From Catajapyx aquilonaris (Eukaryota): a stretch of DNA of 64,000 nt. Position 1 is the first letter of the stretch; each line of letters opens with the position of its first letter. Below, piece after piece: positions 24,751 to 38,435 of the stretch. A program made the translations under genes and the position numbers. The DNA lies in assembly GCA_000934665.2 (NCBI GenBank), contig KZ538627.1, positions 1 through 64,000 of the forward strand, written 5' to 3'. The notes under the pieces were generated by a model, which searched no databases, was not told the origin of the DNA, and worked only from the letters and a program-made list of their open reading frames with translations.

Positions 24751-25654
24751 AGTAATACACGAAATTGTTGATGTCGCCGGCTCCTGAAATATATGGGAGC
24801 CATTTTAGTGTGGTTCCAACATGCTGCTTCAGCATTGGTCAATTCTTCACCCCTCTTCTCTCTCTTGGTTCCATCCGGAGCCCGCATCGTTCTCCGGGTC
24901 TTCCGGACAGCTTGTAAGAGACTTGGCGTCGCTTTGAGAGACACCTCCACAATCCGGGTCTCCTAATAGGCTTCCGGACACTCTATCAGACCCCCTTTCA
25001 TCTATCTGCCCAACCCTGCTAGCCCCTTTTTCTCCTCAGTTTTTTTTATCTATCTATCTACAAGGTGTTTCAAAAGTGATTGTGCGCCACCTTGTACTTT
25101 TTGCGAAAATTTTAAGTCTAAAACGAGATGGCCGGATGTCGAAGGAGATGAAATATGGGTGGAAGGGGACAGAGGACTTTTGAAGAAAAGCACACTCGCT
25201 TTCCGGGTGTCTGCCTTTCCAACTGCTGCAGAAATGTTTCTTTTCCGCCATCTTTTTTTTCTCTCTGTGTGTGTCTCGAAGGGGAGTGGAGGGGAGGGAT
25301 GGAGAGAAATGTGATGGGCGCATCGGAAGAGTTTTGGAGCCATGAATTACCCCAGTGACAGTGACTGTGACGTTGAATTATTGCGATGCGGAATGAGTCA
25401 CATCCATGCATTTTTTTGCGCATAAGTGAAGCGCCAAAATGCTTTGAAAAAATTCGCAATACGTCCAGTCCATCCATGCAGATGGGACCAGTGGTGGTGG
25501 CCAAATCCGCCTGTTGAAAATCTTGAAATGTTAATATTAATGTACATTGTGTAGTTCCTCAGCAAGCCGACAAGGCGACACTCATGTAGCCTATGTGGTA
25601 AATATCGAAGTGTTGTAACAGCTACGCTGATTGGCAACGGTGCGGCGTGGGGAA

Positions 25655-26290
25655 CTAACGACTATTTTAACTGCAGCGATGTTGCTAAGAAGCATTGATT
25701 TTCACAACGAGCATTTTAACTAACGGTGATCTTCACTAGGACCTTTTTAACTAACAGTGATTTTCACTAACAATCGTCTTACCTAACAGTGACGTTCACT
25801 AACAATCGTTTCAACTAACAGTGACGTTCACTAACAATCGTTTCAACTAACAGTGACGTTCACTAACAATCGTTTCAACTAACAGTGACGTTCACTAACA
25901 ATCGTTTCAACTAACAGTGACGTTCACTAACAATCGTTTCAACTAACAGTGATTTTCACTAGGACCGTCTTAATTAACAGTGACTTTCACAAACGTTTTC
26001 ACTAATAGTGAAGTTAACTCAACAATCATTTTTAACTAACGGTGATTTCACCTAGCAGCGAATTTCACTAACGATCATTTTTAACTATAATTGTGATTTT
26101 ACTAATAGCAGAGTGTGAATTTTGCTTCACTGATTTCCATATTGCTATTCTACTTAGCGGTGATTTTAAATATCATTGATTTTATTTAGTAGTGATTTTA
26201 AATATCATTAGTTTTATCTAGTAGTGATTTTGCTTAACTGTGATATTAACAGCCTGTGGCTTTTACTAACAGTGATCCTAACTAACAGGG
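25655..26290 (+). repeat. 16-bp-period block with a 32-bp core (about 25750-25965)
   Basis: AACTAACAGTGACGTTCACTAACAATCGTTTC, about 6 copies. Confidence 0.9.
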
Positions 26291-28469
26291 ATTATTGTTT
26301 ATGAGCAATAATAGCTGCTACTCAAAATTAGCCGTTTTGCCAAATCCCATAACTCAATCAGTACCAGGCTGAACCTACACGTTGGCATAGCAAGTTTCAT
26401 ATCCTGCTGCCATTTTTGCGCAGATGGCCTACGAGGTTGTATGAGACTTTATAATTAGAGTTTCCGCCATCCCCTACACCCTGTTATAAGCATTCGCTTC
26501 CACCAGGGGGAGGAGGGGGTATGCTTCCGGGAAGCGTTTAACAAAAAAAAAGGGGGTGTTGAGTGAGAAACAAACGAGTCGTAATGCCCCTAGTAACCCC
26601 GCTCGTATATTTGACTCCCGAGCAATCAAAGCCAGGGTAGGGTTTTAAAGAAGCGAGAAAATGTCCTAATTAGTGAGTGAGTATGTGTCGCGGTCAGGTT
26701 GAGATGGAAAATTGGAGGGCCGTTTATCGCAGCGGGTGCAAGATGGCCGCACCCTGTACATGCCTTGCTCATATCACAATAATTGCAGAACCCTAATGGG
26801 TACGGACTGGAACGGGATGGCGCGTGGCACTTTGCTAACTGCTATTGCAGACAAGTTGTTGCCTGATTGGATCATCGTACTGGCCAACCGGGACTACTTA
26901 CAATATTAGATAGTTTAGGAGTATTCATTGGTCACCCAAAGTGCAGTGACTGGCGTTGTGTCCTATACACTTGCAGCTGTAACATTAATTTTAGTCTTAA
27001 GAATCGGACAATCTCTACTTAAACGAGTTACAGATTGGTGGTGGACATGCCAGCCAATCAGAGAGAGTCGTGCATGTGCCATGTAAAATTATGGTTGATG
27101 GTTGACCTATTAGAGAGCTCCTTGCATGCAAAAGGATGTCTGATTAGAAATGGACAGGTCAACCAATCAGAGAACGTCTTTCGTGTAAAACAAGATTAGC
27201 CAATCACACGAGCGGGATTCGAGTAGACTTTTTCTCATTTGGCAGCGACAAATTAGGCTGGCACACCCGATACTATACGATTATAATAGAACAATGGCAT
27301 TGATTGTTGTCATTCTCATTTCCCGTTGCCTAGGCACCCAATTTTTAAACAGTAATCTGCCTGTAAATTGACCTTGGCGGATAGAGGGAACCTGCTGGGA
27401 AACAGGAAGTGCTGGGTCACCGGAAGTTGGCCATAAACCATATTTTGATCACGCTGAATCCGAATTCGAAAACTGTTTGTTGCTATCTGTTGCGGTTTAA
27501 GCCCTGATACATGTCCACTGACAGACGGACAAGCAGTTTTAGAGACTTTTTATGAGAAAAAATCTAAAAATATGTCTGATTTTGTGTCGCTAAACCAATC
27601 AGGTTTTGAACTGTTCAATGGTCATGATTGTTTCTTCTCAACTGAATGTTGCTGCTTTTGAAAATGTTTGCTGGCACGAACAAACCGGAAGCTTCCGGCA
27701 GTACCACACGTCGCTCTTTCGCGTCCGAAACTTCCCCATATTTTTTATAATCTGTCGCTCCCATCTTGTCAGTCACTCCTGGTAAAAAGTCCTTGAATTC
27801 GCAAAAATGCTACAAAAAAGCGACAGATCGTAATCGCTATCCTGTCGCGTCAAACTGTGACGATAAGCCACTTAATGCATGACATTCGCCCTTTGCTTCC
27901 CCCCCCCCCTTCCCCCAAAAAAGTTTGCGACATGTAATTGACAGCTTTTCCACATTGACTCCTCTCTAAGCCATACCATGACACCCACAAAAAAATATTT
28001 TGCGAAAAAAATTTCAACACATCGTGGGACAGCATAAAGTAGCGCTTTTATGGCTTCTGAGAGCCTATTGTGGACACCCTAAAAGCTTTCATGTGTTTCA
28101 CCACCTTTGACTGTCATACCGAGCATGTCCGGTCTGGATAGTACCCACTGGTTTTTCCCCCCAACTTTTTTTTTAGCGAATCAGAGCACACATCGCAAAA
28201 CACAGGTGAGCCAATAATTTTCAGAGACCGACAATATTGGCCACTTGTTTCAAAATTTACAGTCCGGAGTTAGAACCGGATGGAATAAGTTCCGTTCCAT
28301 AGAGTTTTTTCCGGCGAAAAACTGTAATTGCAAAGCTGTGCAAAACAACAACCATTATTTGGAGCTCGCCATTTGAAACGACGATACTTTAACTTCTGGA
28401 CTCAATTTGACGTGGGTACAAAAATCGTGCGTCACTGTCCTTTGCGCCAGGAATGTGGGGAAATGGGTA

Positions 28470-28670
28470 ACCGCAGGACAACCTCCCTTTTTTTGAATGG
28501 CGACAAGAGAGGCGCGATTTGTAACTGGGAAACAAACTCGGTCCTTTCACGCTATTGGATACACGGCGAGGTATCAAATGTCATGAATGGCCGACCCTAC
28601 ACACTGGCCTCTGTGGTTACCAGGCATGAATCACAGTGTTTCCTTTTCATGTGGAGTTAATTTTGTTAGC
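28470..28670 (+). mobile_element. Possible decayed mariner-like transposase fragment
   Basis: With frameshifts it reads QDNLP...AICNWETNSVLSRYWI...EWP...CFLFMW, which parallels QDxAPxH..VRxWL..FPxRWI..WP..DFFLW. Confidence 0.35.
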
Positions 28671-28699
28671 TGGAGTTAGCATAAAAGTTGTATGATTGG

Positions 28700-29400
28700 A
28701 ATTTGAGAGTTTGGCCCATCAGAACAGGTTTTATTAGATGAAATGATAGGACGACCAATGAGTGAGGAGCTTACGAGAACCTGGCCACTCAATGAGCAAC
28801 TTGTAAGATCCTGGCCAGTCAGTGAGCTATTCATAAGATCCTGGCCAGTCAGTGAGCTATTCATAAGAACTTGGCCTATCAGTGAGCAGTTTACAAGAGT
28901 CTGACCAATCACTGAGCAGCTTACAAGAATCGGCCCAATCAGCGAACAGCTTGTAATATCCTGGCCAGTCAGTGAGCTATTCATAAGAACTTGGTCTATC
29001 CGTGAGCAGTTTACAAGAATCGGGCCAATCAGCAAACAGCTTACAAAAACCTCGCCATTCAGTGAGCACTTTACAAGATGGCCAACCAATAAGCAGTTTT
29101 CAGAAACCTGGCCACTCAGAGAGCAGATAACAAAAACCTGGCCATTCAGTGAGCAGTTCACAAGAAGATCATGTGTAATGCCTTCTCTGATTGGCATTCT
29201 AGCCAGGCAAATCAGACACCGGCTAACATGATTGTTGATTGGCTTATCATAAGGTGGCTCACAAGTGGGCTTGTTCTGTCCAATCAAAGAGAGGCTTACA
29301 AGTCTGTGAGGGTGTTCTGACCAGTTGAGGAGGGGCTTACATGTTGAGTTTGACTGACCAGTTAGAAAGAGGCTTACAAGCGGAGTTTACAAAGGGAGTG
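28700..29400 (+). repeat. 30-bp minisatellite built on a CCAAT-box-like core
   Basis: Consensus about TTACAAGAACCTGGCCAATCAGTGAGCAG(C/T); roughly 15 clear units. Confidence 0.85.
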
Positions 29401-30434
29401 TCACTCTTAAAAGGATCTCTGATTGGTCCCACACCTTTCTGATCTAATAGATCTGTAAAGACACGTGATACGACCATCCTTATTGGCTCGGACCAAAGCT
29501 GGTTCCAAGCCCTGCAGAATTTCCATTTCAAAACCCAGTTTTTTATTTTCAACTCCAGTGAAATAGTGAGGCGCGAAACGATCCGGGTCTCCACCCCCAC
29601 CTTTCTTTTCCAGCTCCGATGATGACAGATGAGGAAACCCAGTACGTGATCCCGGGAGGCCCATGAATCACACGATTCCCTCTCCACCCCCTCCTCATCT
29701 CCTCCCTCCCCCAACTTTTAATTACGCACCACTTGCCCTTTTATTTCCCCGAGACAAATCGTATTGCACAAGGTCGTAAATTAACGCCCGGCTCTACCCC
29801 CGTGTAATTTGCCATCGCCTTTTGAATGGAGACCGTCTGCCGCCCATCTACCCCAGGGGTGTAGAGCCATTTTCCCCCTAGAAGGACTGTCTTTTAAGCG
29901 ATTAATAAATAAACCTGTAGTCTCTTAAAAAACTTACTCATACTTCCATACCGCCTTCCCTTTTGGCAATAATGGGCGGGAGGTAATGGGCACTTAAAAC
30001 CGGTGTCAGTCGCTCTCTCTGGAGTTTCCGCCCCCCCGTACCTCCCACCAGTTAAAACACATTTTCGGGACTCAAACGTTTTACTGCATTCTCTGTCGTT
30101 TGCAGCCAACCGCCGTAACGAGTCAACCGAACAATCCAGTCGGGGAAAATAATGCCGGGCCTTGCCCCTATATGCGAGGACTCCCCTTTTGCGCCCGGAT
30201 TTAGGGCTCTGTTTTTTTCAGGATGGGGGAGGGAAGGGTGGGGAGTGGGGAGAGGATAATTTTAGCGTTTTGGATGGTGTGATGCAGTTGGAGAGTGTGT
30301 ATAACCGGGTTCAGTAGGGCCTGGCGCCAGTCTAACGGAGCGGATAGGAAATGGACAGTTGTTTAGACGGGGATTCGGACGGGTCAGGATAGTTATGGAC
30401 GCGAATTGCGTCTGGTCTAGGCATTAAATGGACA

Positions 30435-30950
30435 TATAGTTACGCATAATCGTGATTTTCACATCATGATTACGCGTATTCACAATTTTCTACAATGATT
30501 ACGTGTAATCATGATTTTTCTACAATAATTACGCGTATTCACAATAATTTTCTACTATGATTACGTGTAATCATGATTTTTCTACAATGATTATGTGTAA
30601 TCATGATTTTTCCTTAATAATTACCTGTCATTTCATAGTAATTACGCAATATCACGGAATTCACCTAACTATTACGCGTAATCACGATTTCCCCATGATA
30701 ATCACCTGGCATTTCCTAGTGATTATGCACATTCATGATTTTGTTAATTATTGCTCATAATTTACATGTGATTACGAGTAGTCCTAGTCACATCCAAGTG
30801 ATTACGAGTAGTCCTGGTCACATCCAAGTGATTACGAGTAATCCTAGTCACATCCAAGTGATTACGAGTAATCCTAGTCACATCCAAGTGGTTATGTGTC
30901 ATCTCGACTTTTCTTTACTGATTACTGGTAAGCGTGATTTTTCCATATGT
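30435..30950 (+). repeat. ATTACG(C/T/A)GTAAT-type block with a 30-bp core (30768-30895)
   Basis: GTGATTACGAGTAATCCTAGTCACATCCAA about x4; upstream TGATTACG(T/C)GTAATCA near-palindromes. Confidence 0.85.
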
Positions 30951-31739
30951 CAGGTAATTGGGTCTGCGATTAACTAACCGCCTGTTATATCCGTGGGTGT
31001 AACAGCTCATGAAATGATCGCCTATCAGTAGCTTGGCTTGCATTCTTGGCATAGTGAGGTGGCAGTGGTGCCAACTTCTTGCTTGAAAAAGGTCTTAGGC
31101 AAAGGCGTCCCTGTCGCCGAGGGGAGGCGGAATTTCCGCTCCCGCCGGTAGCTGAACTGGAACAATATGCAGGCCAATTACCTTCCCTGCGCCCAACAAT
31201 TTGATTACTCCTAGGCAATGGCAAGAGAGGCCGTGAGCCTCCTTTTAAATAAGTGGGGGAAAGGAGGAGGCGTTTGTCAAGTGAATTGGGTTAAGGAAGA
31301 CGGCAGTTGATCTGAGCAACTTCCTTCCCCACCCCTCCTTCCTTCGAAGGGCCTTAATTATTGTTGCCGACTTGGCGAAAACCACTCCTTTCTCCGGCAC
31401 TAGTGTCACCCCGGCCTGCCTATACCTCCTAGGGCTCACTTTTGTTCGGCACAAATGCAGCTAATGGCACGACTTCTGTATCCGAATACTTCAGAGGGGG
31501 AAAAAATGGCGTGGGGGAGGAGAGCTAAAAACCGACTCCATCTTGAATACGGGGGTTGGAGAAAATGTCTGGAATTTATGAGAAAAGCAGCCGGTTCCAT
31601 GTACATGCAGTTGATGCAAATGGCGAATCAAGCGGGGGAGGAAAAGGGCAGAATTTTACGATTGGTGACACTTGCTGGAACGTGCCGGATTGGTCCGGTC
31701 AGGAATCGGCATCTGTTAATAAAAGAAGTGTCATGTGCG

Positions 31740-32300
31740 ATATATCGATGTTTCGAAAATGATACCTATATTCCATTATAATCGTATTACATAGAGTATC
31801 GTATTTAAATATCGATAGTATCAAGCTTTAATACGTATTCTTATAATTATAGTATCGATATCGTAGCCTACTGAATAATCACATCGACATTTATTGCAAT
31901 ATCGCATCGATATACGTATATTCTAATATCATATAGATATCTATCTGGTTTTGTATCGATGTCTAATATTGTATCAACATATTGTCACTGCATTGATAAT
32001 TATGTAATACATTATAATGTTGTATGGCTGTGCAATATAATCTTTATAATGTATGGATATGCAATAAAATCTTTATAATGTATGGGTATGCAATAATATA
32101 ATATTGCATCGAGATTTATTTTGATATTGTATGAGTCTTTCTAATATCTCATCGATAGCATCTTATTTTCAATATTGTATCGATAGCATCGTAGTTTAAT
32201 ATTGTATTGATAGCATCATATTTTCAATGTTGTATCGATAGCATCATATTTTCAATATTGTATCGATAGCATCATATTTTTGATATCGTATGGAAATGTC
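31740..32300 (+). repeat. TATCGAT degenerate block, 29-bp units at the 3' end
   Basis: AATATTGTATCGATAGCATCATATTTTC repeats at about 32150-32285. Confidence 0.8.
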
Positions 32301-32799
32301 TGTAGCCTAGTGACTTTTTTGAGTTTCGTTGCTTATTTTCAAATAGTTACCTCGGAACCCTTAAACTCTTAGACATAAACAATATATTAGCTGCTACTCT
32401 TCGTCTATTAATAAGCAAACTGGCTAAATATTGTTGCACTGACACTTTTCAATGTTGGCAGTTTCTGTCCGAACCATTCTTTGGCATGTCCAGTTGGCAA
32501 TCCTGCCAGTTAGATCCGCATATAACCTGACCTTCCTTTCCCGTGACGTGACGAAGGGCAGCCTGCTTCCGGTTACCCTTGGCATTGTGGCTCTTAATTA
32601 ACCGTAACTCGATAGGTTCGGGGTTTTGGTAACTCGGGCAAGGCTAACTAACTAGTGTCGTGTTTCAAGCAGAGGCGACTGACGTTGGTTTAGTTTACCG
32701 GACGCATTTCATCAACGCCATGTCACTTCAGGCACTATTCGGACGGATGGAGAGAGTTTGTAATGGCAAATATCGATGCCAATCTGGCCATCTTGGATT

Positions 32800-33430
32800 T
32801 CCGAGAAAAATACTATACCGGTACGTGAGATCAGGATATTGTGAAGAAAGCTTGTTAACATACTCAACACACTTTTCTTAACATCCTCATCCGATGTAAT
32901 GATAACATGTAAAAATATACATGGTGTTCAAAATTCGTGTGTCATTTTTATATCTTATATCGCCCGATATTGGTTCTTTTGTATAGCTTGTTATGCACAA
33001 CAACCTACACAAAAATGACAAATATCGGGCGATATCAGTTATTGAAAAAATTACCCACGAAATTGGAACGCCCCGCATTTCTACCAGTTCTCAAAACTAA
33101 CATGGACCAAGATTTGACGAAAGTACGAGAAAATTAGATCATATTTACTCTACAAAAATCGCAGAAAATTTTGTTACTTGAGCTACGATGAGGATATTGT
33201 TAAGCTGTGAACAAACCTTCTTGACAATATCCTCATCTTAGCTTCACTAACATACTTTTACGCGATTTTTGTACTCTGCATGTTTAAAACAAATTCTCAA
33301 ACATTTTGAATTTGCAAAATGCTAGAAATTTTGGTTATTACGTCAGATGAGGATGTTGTGAAGGCGTGTTAAGGGTGTGAACACATCTTCTTCACAACAT
33401 CCTCATCTTAGCAAACACTAACCGATTTAT
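32800..33430. mobile_element. Probable non-autonomous DNA transposon interior with three related hairpins
   Basis: Stems of the type GATGAGGAT(A/G)TTGT...ACAA(T/C)ATCCTCATC at 32829-32891 (degenerate), 33187-33237 and 33345-33408. The first and third are inverted copies including their flanks. Confidence 0.5.
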
Positions 33431-34123
33431 CCTATTTTTGATATTTTATTATTCAACTTTTCTCGTTTTTTGGGAAAGATTTTCGGCTCTGTATAGACCA
33501 CAATTTTCGCCAGGTTTTTGCACATTTTTTTGTGCGAATGTCCGTGCCGATGGAAGCAAGATTAGTGTCGGCTCAGGAATGGAAGCGGTCCCGCAGTTGA
33601 TCGTCCACGCTTCCCACCCCTAAATTTAAGCAGTCCCCTTCCATTAGGAAGATTGATTCCGAAGGCCCGGAATTCGTGACCCAGGATAAGACGGGCCACT
33701 TAGGGACCGCCTAAAGGACGCGGGGAAGAACCGGCAGGCATTTTTGCCATGACAATTGCACGACCACAGAAGAAGAAAAAAGGAGGAGAGAAGAAGAAAA
33801 GATCTTCTGAGAGTACACCAGCCGATGGCTGACTCCCAAGACACTTGAGCACGTCATTTGGGAAGGAAACCTTTCCGGAGCAGAAATGGGCGTCTCTTCC
33901 TCGCTCTTTTTGGACCAATTAGGTGGCTGGAACCAACTTTGATCTTAAACCCTGGCGAGCCCTGAGATGTCATGTGCCACTGATCCCCTTTTTGGGGCTC
34001 AAGTGAGCCTCCCTTTGAGCTGAAGGAGTGACAAAAACTGGTGGTCAGCTGGCATCTAACGGCCTGTCTACACGTGACATGATCCGGTAGGAGTGGGTGG
34101 CCATTTTGATGACATCAGGATGC

Positions 34124-34955
34124 CTCAGGGTACCAGATGGTATCGATACATCGATTCAGTACAATATCGACGCACCGATAGTGCTATATCGATACATCGA
34201 TACTATACCAATAATGTATCGATAGTACACCAGTAATGTATCGATACTATACCATTGATGTATCGATACCATGCCATTGATGTATCGATACCATGCCATT
34301 GATGTATCGATACTATACCAGTAATGTATCGATACTATACCGAGACTGTATCGATACTATACCGAGACTGTATCGATACCATATCGATGCTACACCAATT
34401 ACTACATACTGATGTTGTGATATTATCGATACCTCTATACTGCAGTCCGTTAAACGAAACGATCTGACGTCACGTACAGTCCAGCCTCCACCCGGCTCTT
34501 CCCTACAATCATGTCCCCGAATCTTTGCTCAAACATATTACTGCGCATGCTCAGAAAACACTGCTGGTGTGAGATCAGATTGTTCTTGTTTAAAGGACTG
34601 TATATTGATACTATACCGATACTATGATAGCCAATTTTTTATATTATATCGATACTATACCGACATTGTGCTATTATCGCTACTTCTATACTATACCGAT
34701 ACTGTGATATTATCGCTACTTCTATACTATACCGATATTGTGATATTATCGATACTTCTATACTATATCGGTACCATACCGATACTGCGATATTATCGAT
34801 ATTTCTCTACTATATCGATATAGTATCAAGGATAAATCCGTCACTCCCACTTTAAAGTGAGATAAGTCGTTATACAATACTATACTGACACATTGATACA
34901 ATATGTTAGTGTATATCGATACAATAGGATGTCAATGCCATCTGGTGCCCCTGAG
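34124..34955. mobile_element. hAT-like non-autonomous element filled with TATCGATA tandem repeats
   Basis: Left end CTCAGGGTACCAGATGGTATCGATACATC; right end reverse complement CTCAGGGGCACCAGATGGCATTGACATC. Interior 22-bp repeats. No clear 8-bp TSD. Confidence 0.6.
34443..34600. mobile_element. Small MITE nested in the 34.1-35.0 kb element
   Basis: TIRs CAGTCCGTTAAACGAAACGATCTGA / reverse complement CAGTCCTTTAAACAAGAACAATCTGA; TATA on the right flank; interrupts the host repeat array. Confidence 0.7.
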
Positions 34956-37900
34956 TCGTATCGTCTGTCGTTACTTTCGCCAGCGCCACCCAGTAGCGGC
35001 ATTTCCAACTTGTCCGTACCATCTGGCGGCTACACCCCAAACTTCTTTAGGGAAGTGACATTTCGAGCATAGTACCGATGCGCAATATTCATCAGTGGCA
35101 GTCACGTGAGGATTGACACGCGATTAGTTACCCGGTAGTTGAAGTGAAAAAGGCTTAGCTGCGAGGTAGATAAACAGGCGGAAGCAAAGACAGGATGGGC
35201 CTAATCTGTCAATCCATCACGAGCATTTAGGCCAATGAGGACTCGAGCTTCCCTCACGGCCACGGCGACGGGGACTCCCCCTTAACGCAACGATAAATAA
35301 TTGTTAATATTAATCACGCGTCAGGATAAGTGGCGTGCGAGGAAGGGATAAAGGCTCCGGAGAAGATGGGATTTGTAGGCTTATATTGTGTGCAGATGTG
35401 GTTTACTGTGGGGGTGACCCAGGGGCGTTTAAAAGCGGGGAGAGGCGGGAGGAGAATGCGGGGAGGGCGGAGTAGAAAAAATCTGATCCAATCTCATCCA
35501 GCCCAGAGTACGGTGTGTAAACCCAAAGACCTCATTTCCCTTATCTAGAGTTTTCCTGGGGAACACATAACCTGACGGAGGACAAGTTTTTCAAGACTGG
35601 CGGGAGGGAGGAATTTTCTTTGCAGATTGTGGCCCCGGGTTGCGCTGACTCGTTTACACGGGCTCCCCACAAGTCTGTTTACTGGTTTTGAGCGATAAGG
35701 TGACTGAGACGCGGTTGTTGTGAGACAATGCCTTGAAGGGTTTGCTTTCAGGAGGTTCGCCGACCGGTTGATGGGAAGAACGTGCCGGATTTGATCAGAA
35801 CATTTCGGTTTGTTCCAGTCCACTCCTATCCCAGCCTTATGGTGACTCCTCAGGTGTGGGTGTGGTGATCAAATGTGAGGCGATCCTTGCAGACGATTCT
35901 GCCTTTAGCTTTTCGCATCTCATATAATATAACTTAATGTAAAAGCCCCTATCCGAGGATATAAGATGAAATAGGATAGAAAAGATAGTACACTTTGCGA
36001 CGTCGTAGCTGGTCGGGAGATGGCTCATTGGAAAGGTCTAGTCGGCAATTGCGGACCGAAAAATCCTCAGAATTGCAAATGTCCTCGCCGTTTCCGAGTT
36101 ATAGCCAAAATAAATATTTTGCATTTTCGACGTTGGCCCGCTGGCCTTAACACCCGGATCATCGCCAGCCACCCACCTAACGCCTCTCCGCTAATCGTCT
36201 GCCACCCCGCCACCTGGCCAACTTACGAGAGTGTGCCATTCGCCGTAAAAGCTGTTTTCAAGGATATTGTATTCTGCGGATGGCGTCGCTACCTTCGCTC
36301 CAGTGATACCAATCCCGAATGTAGTACCAACGGGCGTGGATTCCCAGTGCCGAAGGCGCGCAAAGAGGACGAAGCCCCACCGGCGAGCGTAGCGAGTCGA
36401 TATTATAAGACAGTGGTTCCGGCAAAACATGCCTCATATTGCACCCATCATCGGACAGACTGCAAATTCAGCGTTTCCGAACCTCCAGTTAGGACAAATC
36501 GGACGTGACAACCCGTAAAATGCGGCAAAAAATCTGAGAGCTCCATCAGTCACGCCCGGGTTAGTCGGTTTTTCACAACCAGCCCGTTGGGAACATAAAA
36601 TCCTTGATTATGTCCAATAACTGGTTCCAAAAATGGGGAGGACATGACAGGGAACGTTATACACAGATTTTCCGTTTGCATTTGGGCCAATTTACTCTGA
36701 TGGCTTCATTTCCACTCTAAACATGGACACACTTCCAGTCTTGTCCCAGCAATTTCCGGAATCCCAGGAGGGGGGCTCCAAACAAAAACCGGGGAAGTTC
36801 GTTTCGGTCAGGAAGAATCCGGAGCATTCCATTGTTATAATTGCCCCCTTTTCTAAAGCCTCCGTATCTTTAGAGCCCTTTGCAAGGTCCGGAAAGAAAG
36901 ATTTTTCTCCGCCAAATCACTCCGCCATTGCTCTACTTCTGGTGTGGCTTAGGTGCCATTCTTTCTGTACAGATCCGATTAAGGCGCTGTAATCTCCCCG
37001 GTTCGGTATCGCGATACTGTCTGAACCCCACCATTAAAGCTGGTCAGATTAATTTTAATTGGCCGGATTGCAACGGAGGATTTTCTTTGGACCAATTGTG
37101 TGACTGGAGGATTGGCGGTTCTATCCGTCGTTTCATAACCGGTTGTTTACGTCTTAGGAGGCCATTTTGGACTAATGATGTCACAGGAGGCGATCGCGTC
37201 ACGCTATTGGGGGCAATGATTGTCATTTTGGATTCATGACCTCACTAAAGGCGATCACGGCCATTTTGGATTTGTGACGTCATTGAATGATGACGGTCAT
37301 TTCGGACTGTTGACGGTCATTTCGGACTGTTTACGTCATTGAAAGTACTGGCGAGAGAAGCGACCACAATCTGGACAGGCGAAGGCGCATGCGCCAGTCT
37401 TTGTCTGGCCACAGTGTGATACTGTGTCTCCATGGCGGCCATTTTGGATCCACACCTCATTGTTCCATATGAACTCCATGTTGGTTGTTGGCGCTTTCTA
37501 ATCATCAAAGTTGGGCCGAGTTTGCCTCCTAGTATCGCAGAACCACCCTGAGAGTTCTAATTGGTTCAATTTGCGCCCCCTCCCCTCTCTCCTTGCGCCA
37601 TCTATTCGAAGGCGATAAAGGATGGGAGCCTTTCATTGGGCTTGACAAATCGTGGAGCCTGGGTAGACCCGAAATGAGCCCTCTTCCACCGCGTCGTTAC
37701 ACCTTGTCAATCTGTAATTAGATCGGGTGACGACGACGCCCGACGACGACGCCCGTCTCTCCTTGGCTGCCTGACTTTGGCTGCCCCCTTCAATCCCTGC
37801 CCGCCCTAAACAACACCCTGTGCCACTACACAAAGCAACGGGGCAAGCACGATACGACAAATGTAGATAAGTCAAGCGGCCATTCCTGTTAGTTTACTAG

Positions 37901-37962
37901 GACTCTTCACAATTCGGTTGCTGGAGTCAATAAGCGGTCACGTTCGTATCTCAACCAACTTT

Positions 37963-38435
37963 CTGAGAGGTCAAAAGGTCCATATTGCTGCTATAACTTC
38001 CATACCCAATATACGTAACTAACTAACCAACAACTAATGCAACTAGTAACCAACAACCACTATAACCAAGAGCTAATTAGCTCTTGATATAACTAATATA
38101 ACTGGCGCAATATTATTTAGCCAATGTTACTAATATCACTAACATAGCTCTGAGAGGTCAAAAGGTCTATATTGCTACTATAACTTCCATAACCAATACA
38201 CTTAACTAGCTAACCAACAACTTATACTGTATAACTAGTAACCAACAACCACTACAACCTTTATAACTAACAACCACTATAGCCAATAAGTTATAACTAA
38301 CCAACAACTAATATAACTAGTAACCAACAACCACTATAGCCAATAAGTTATAACTAAATAACCAACAACCAATATAACAAATATAACTGGCGCAATTGCT
38401 TAGCCAATGTTACTAATATTACTAACATAGCCAAC
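37963..38435 (+). repeat. AACCAACAAC block organised as a direct duplication
   Basis: CTGAGAGGTCAAAAGGTC..ATTGCT.CTATAACTTCCATA at 37963 and 38150; both units end AACTGGCGCAAT...TAGCCAATGTTACTAATAT.ACTAACATAGC. Confidence 0.85.

Noticed and set aside
28676..29287. 203-aa minus-strand ORF with 10-aa periodicity
   Set aside because: It is the reading frame of the 30-bp CCAAT minisatellite; no splice or domain support.
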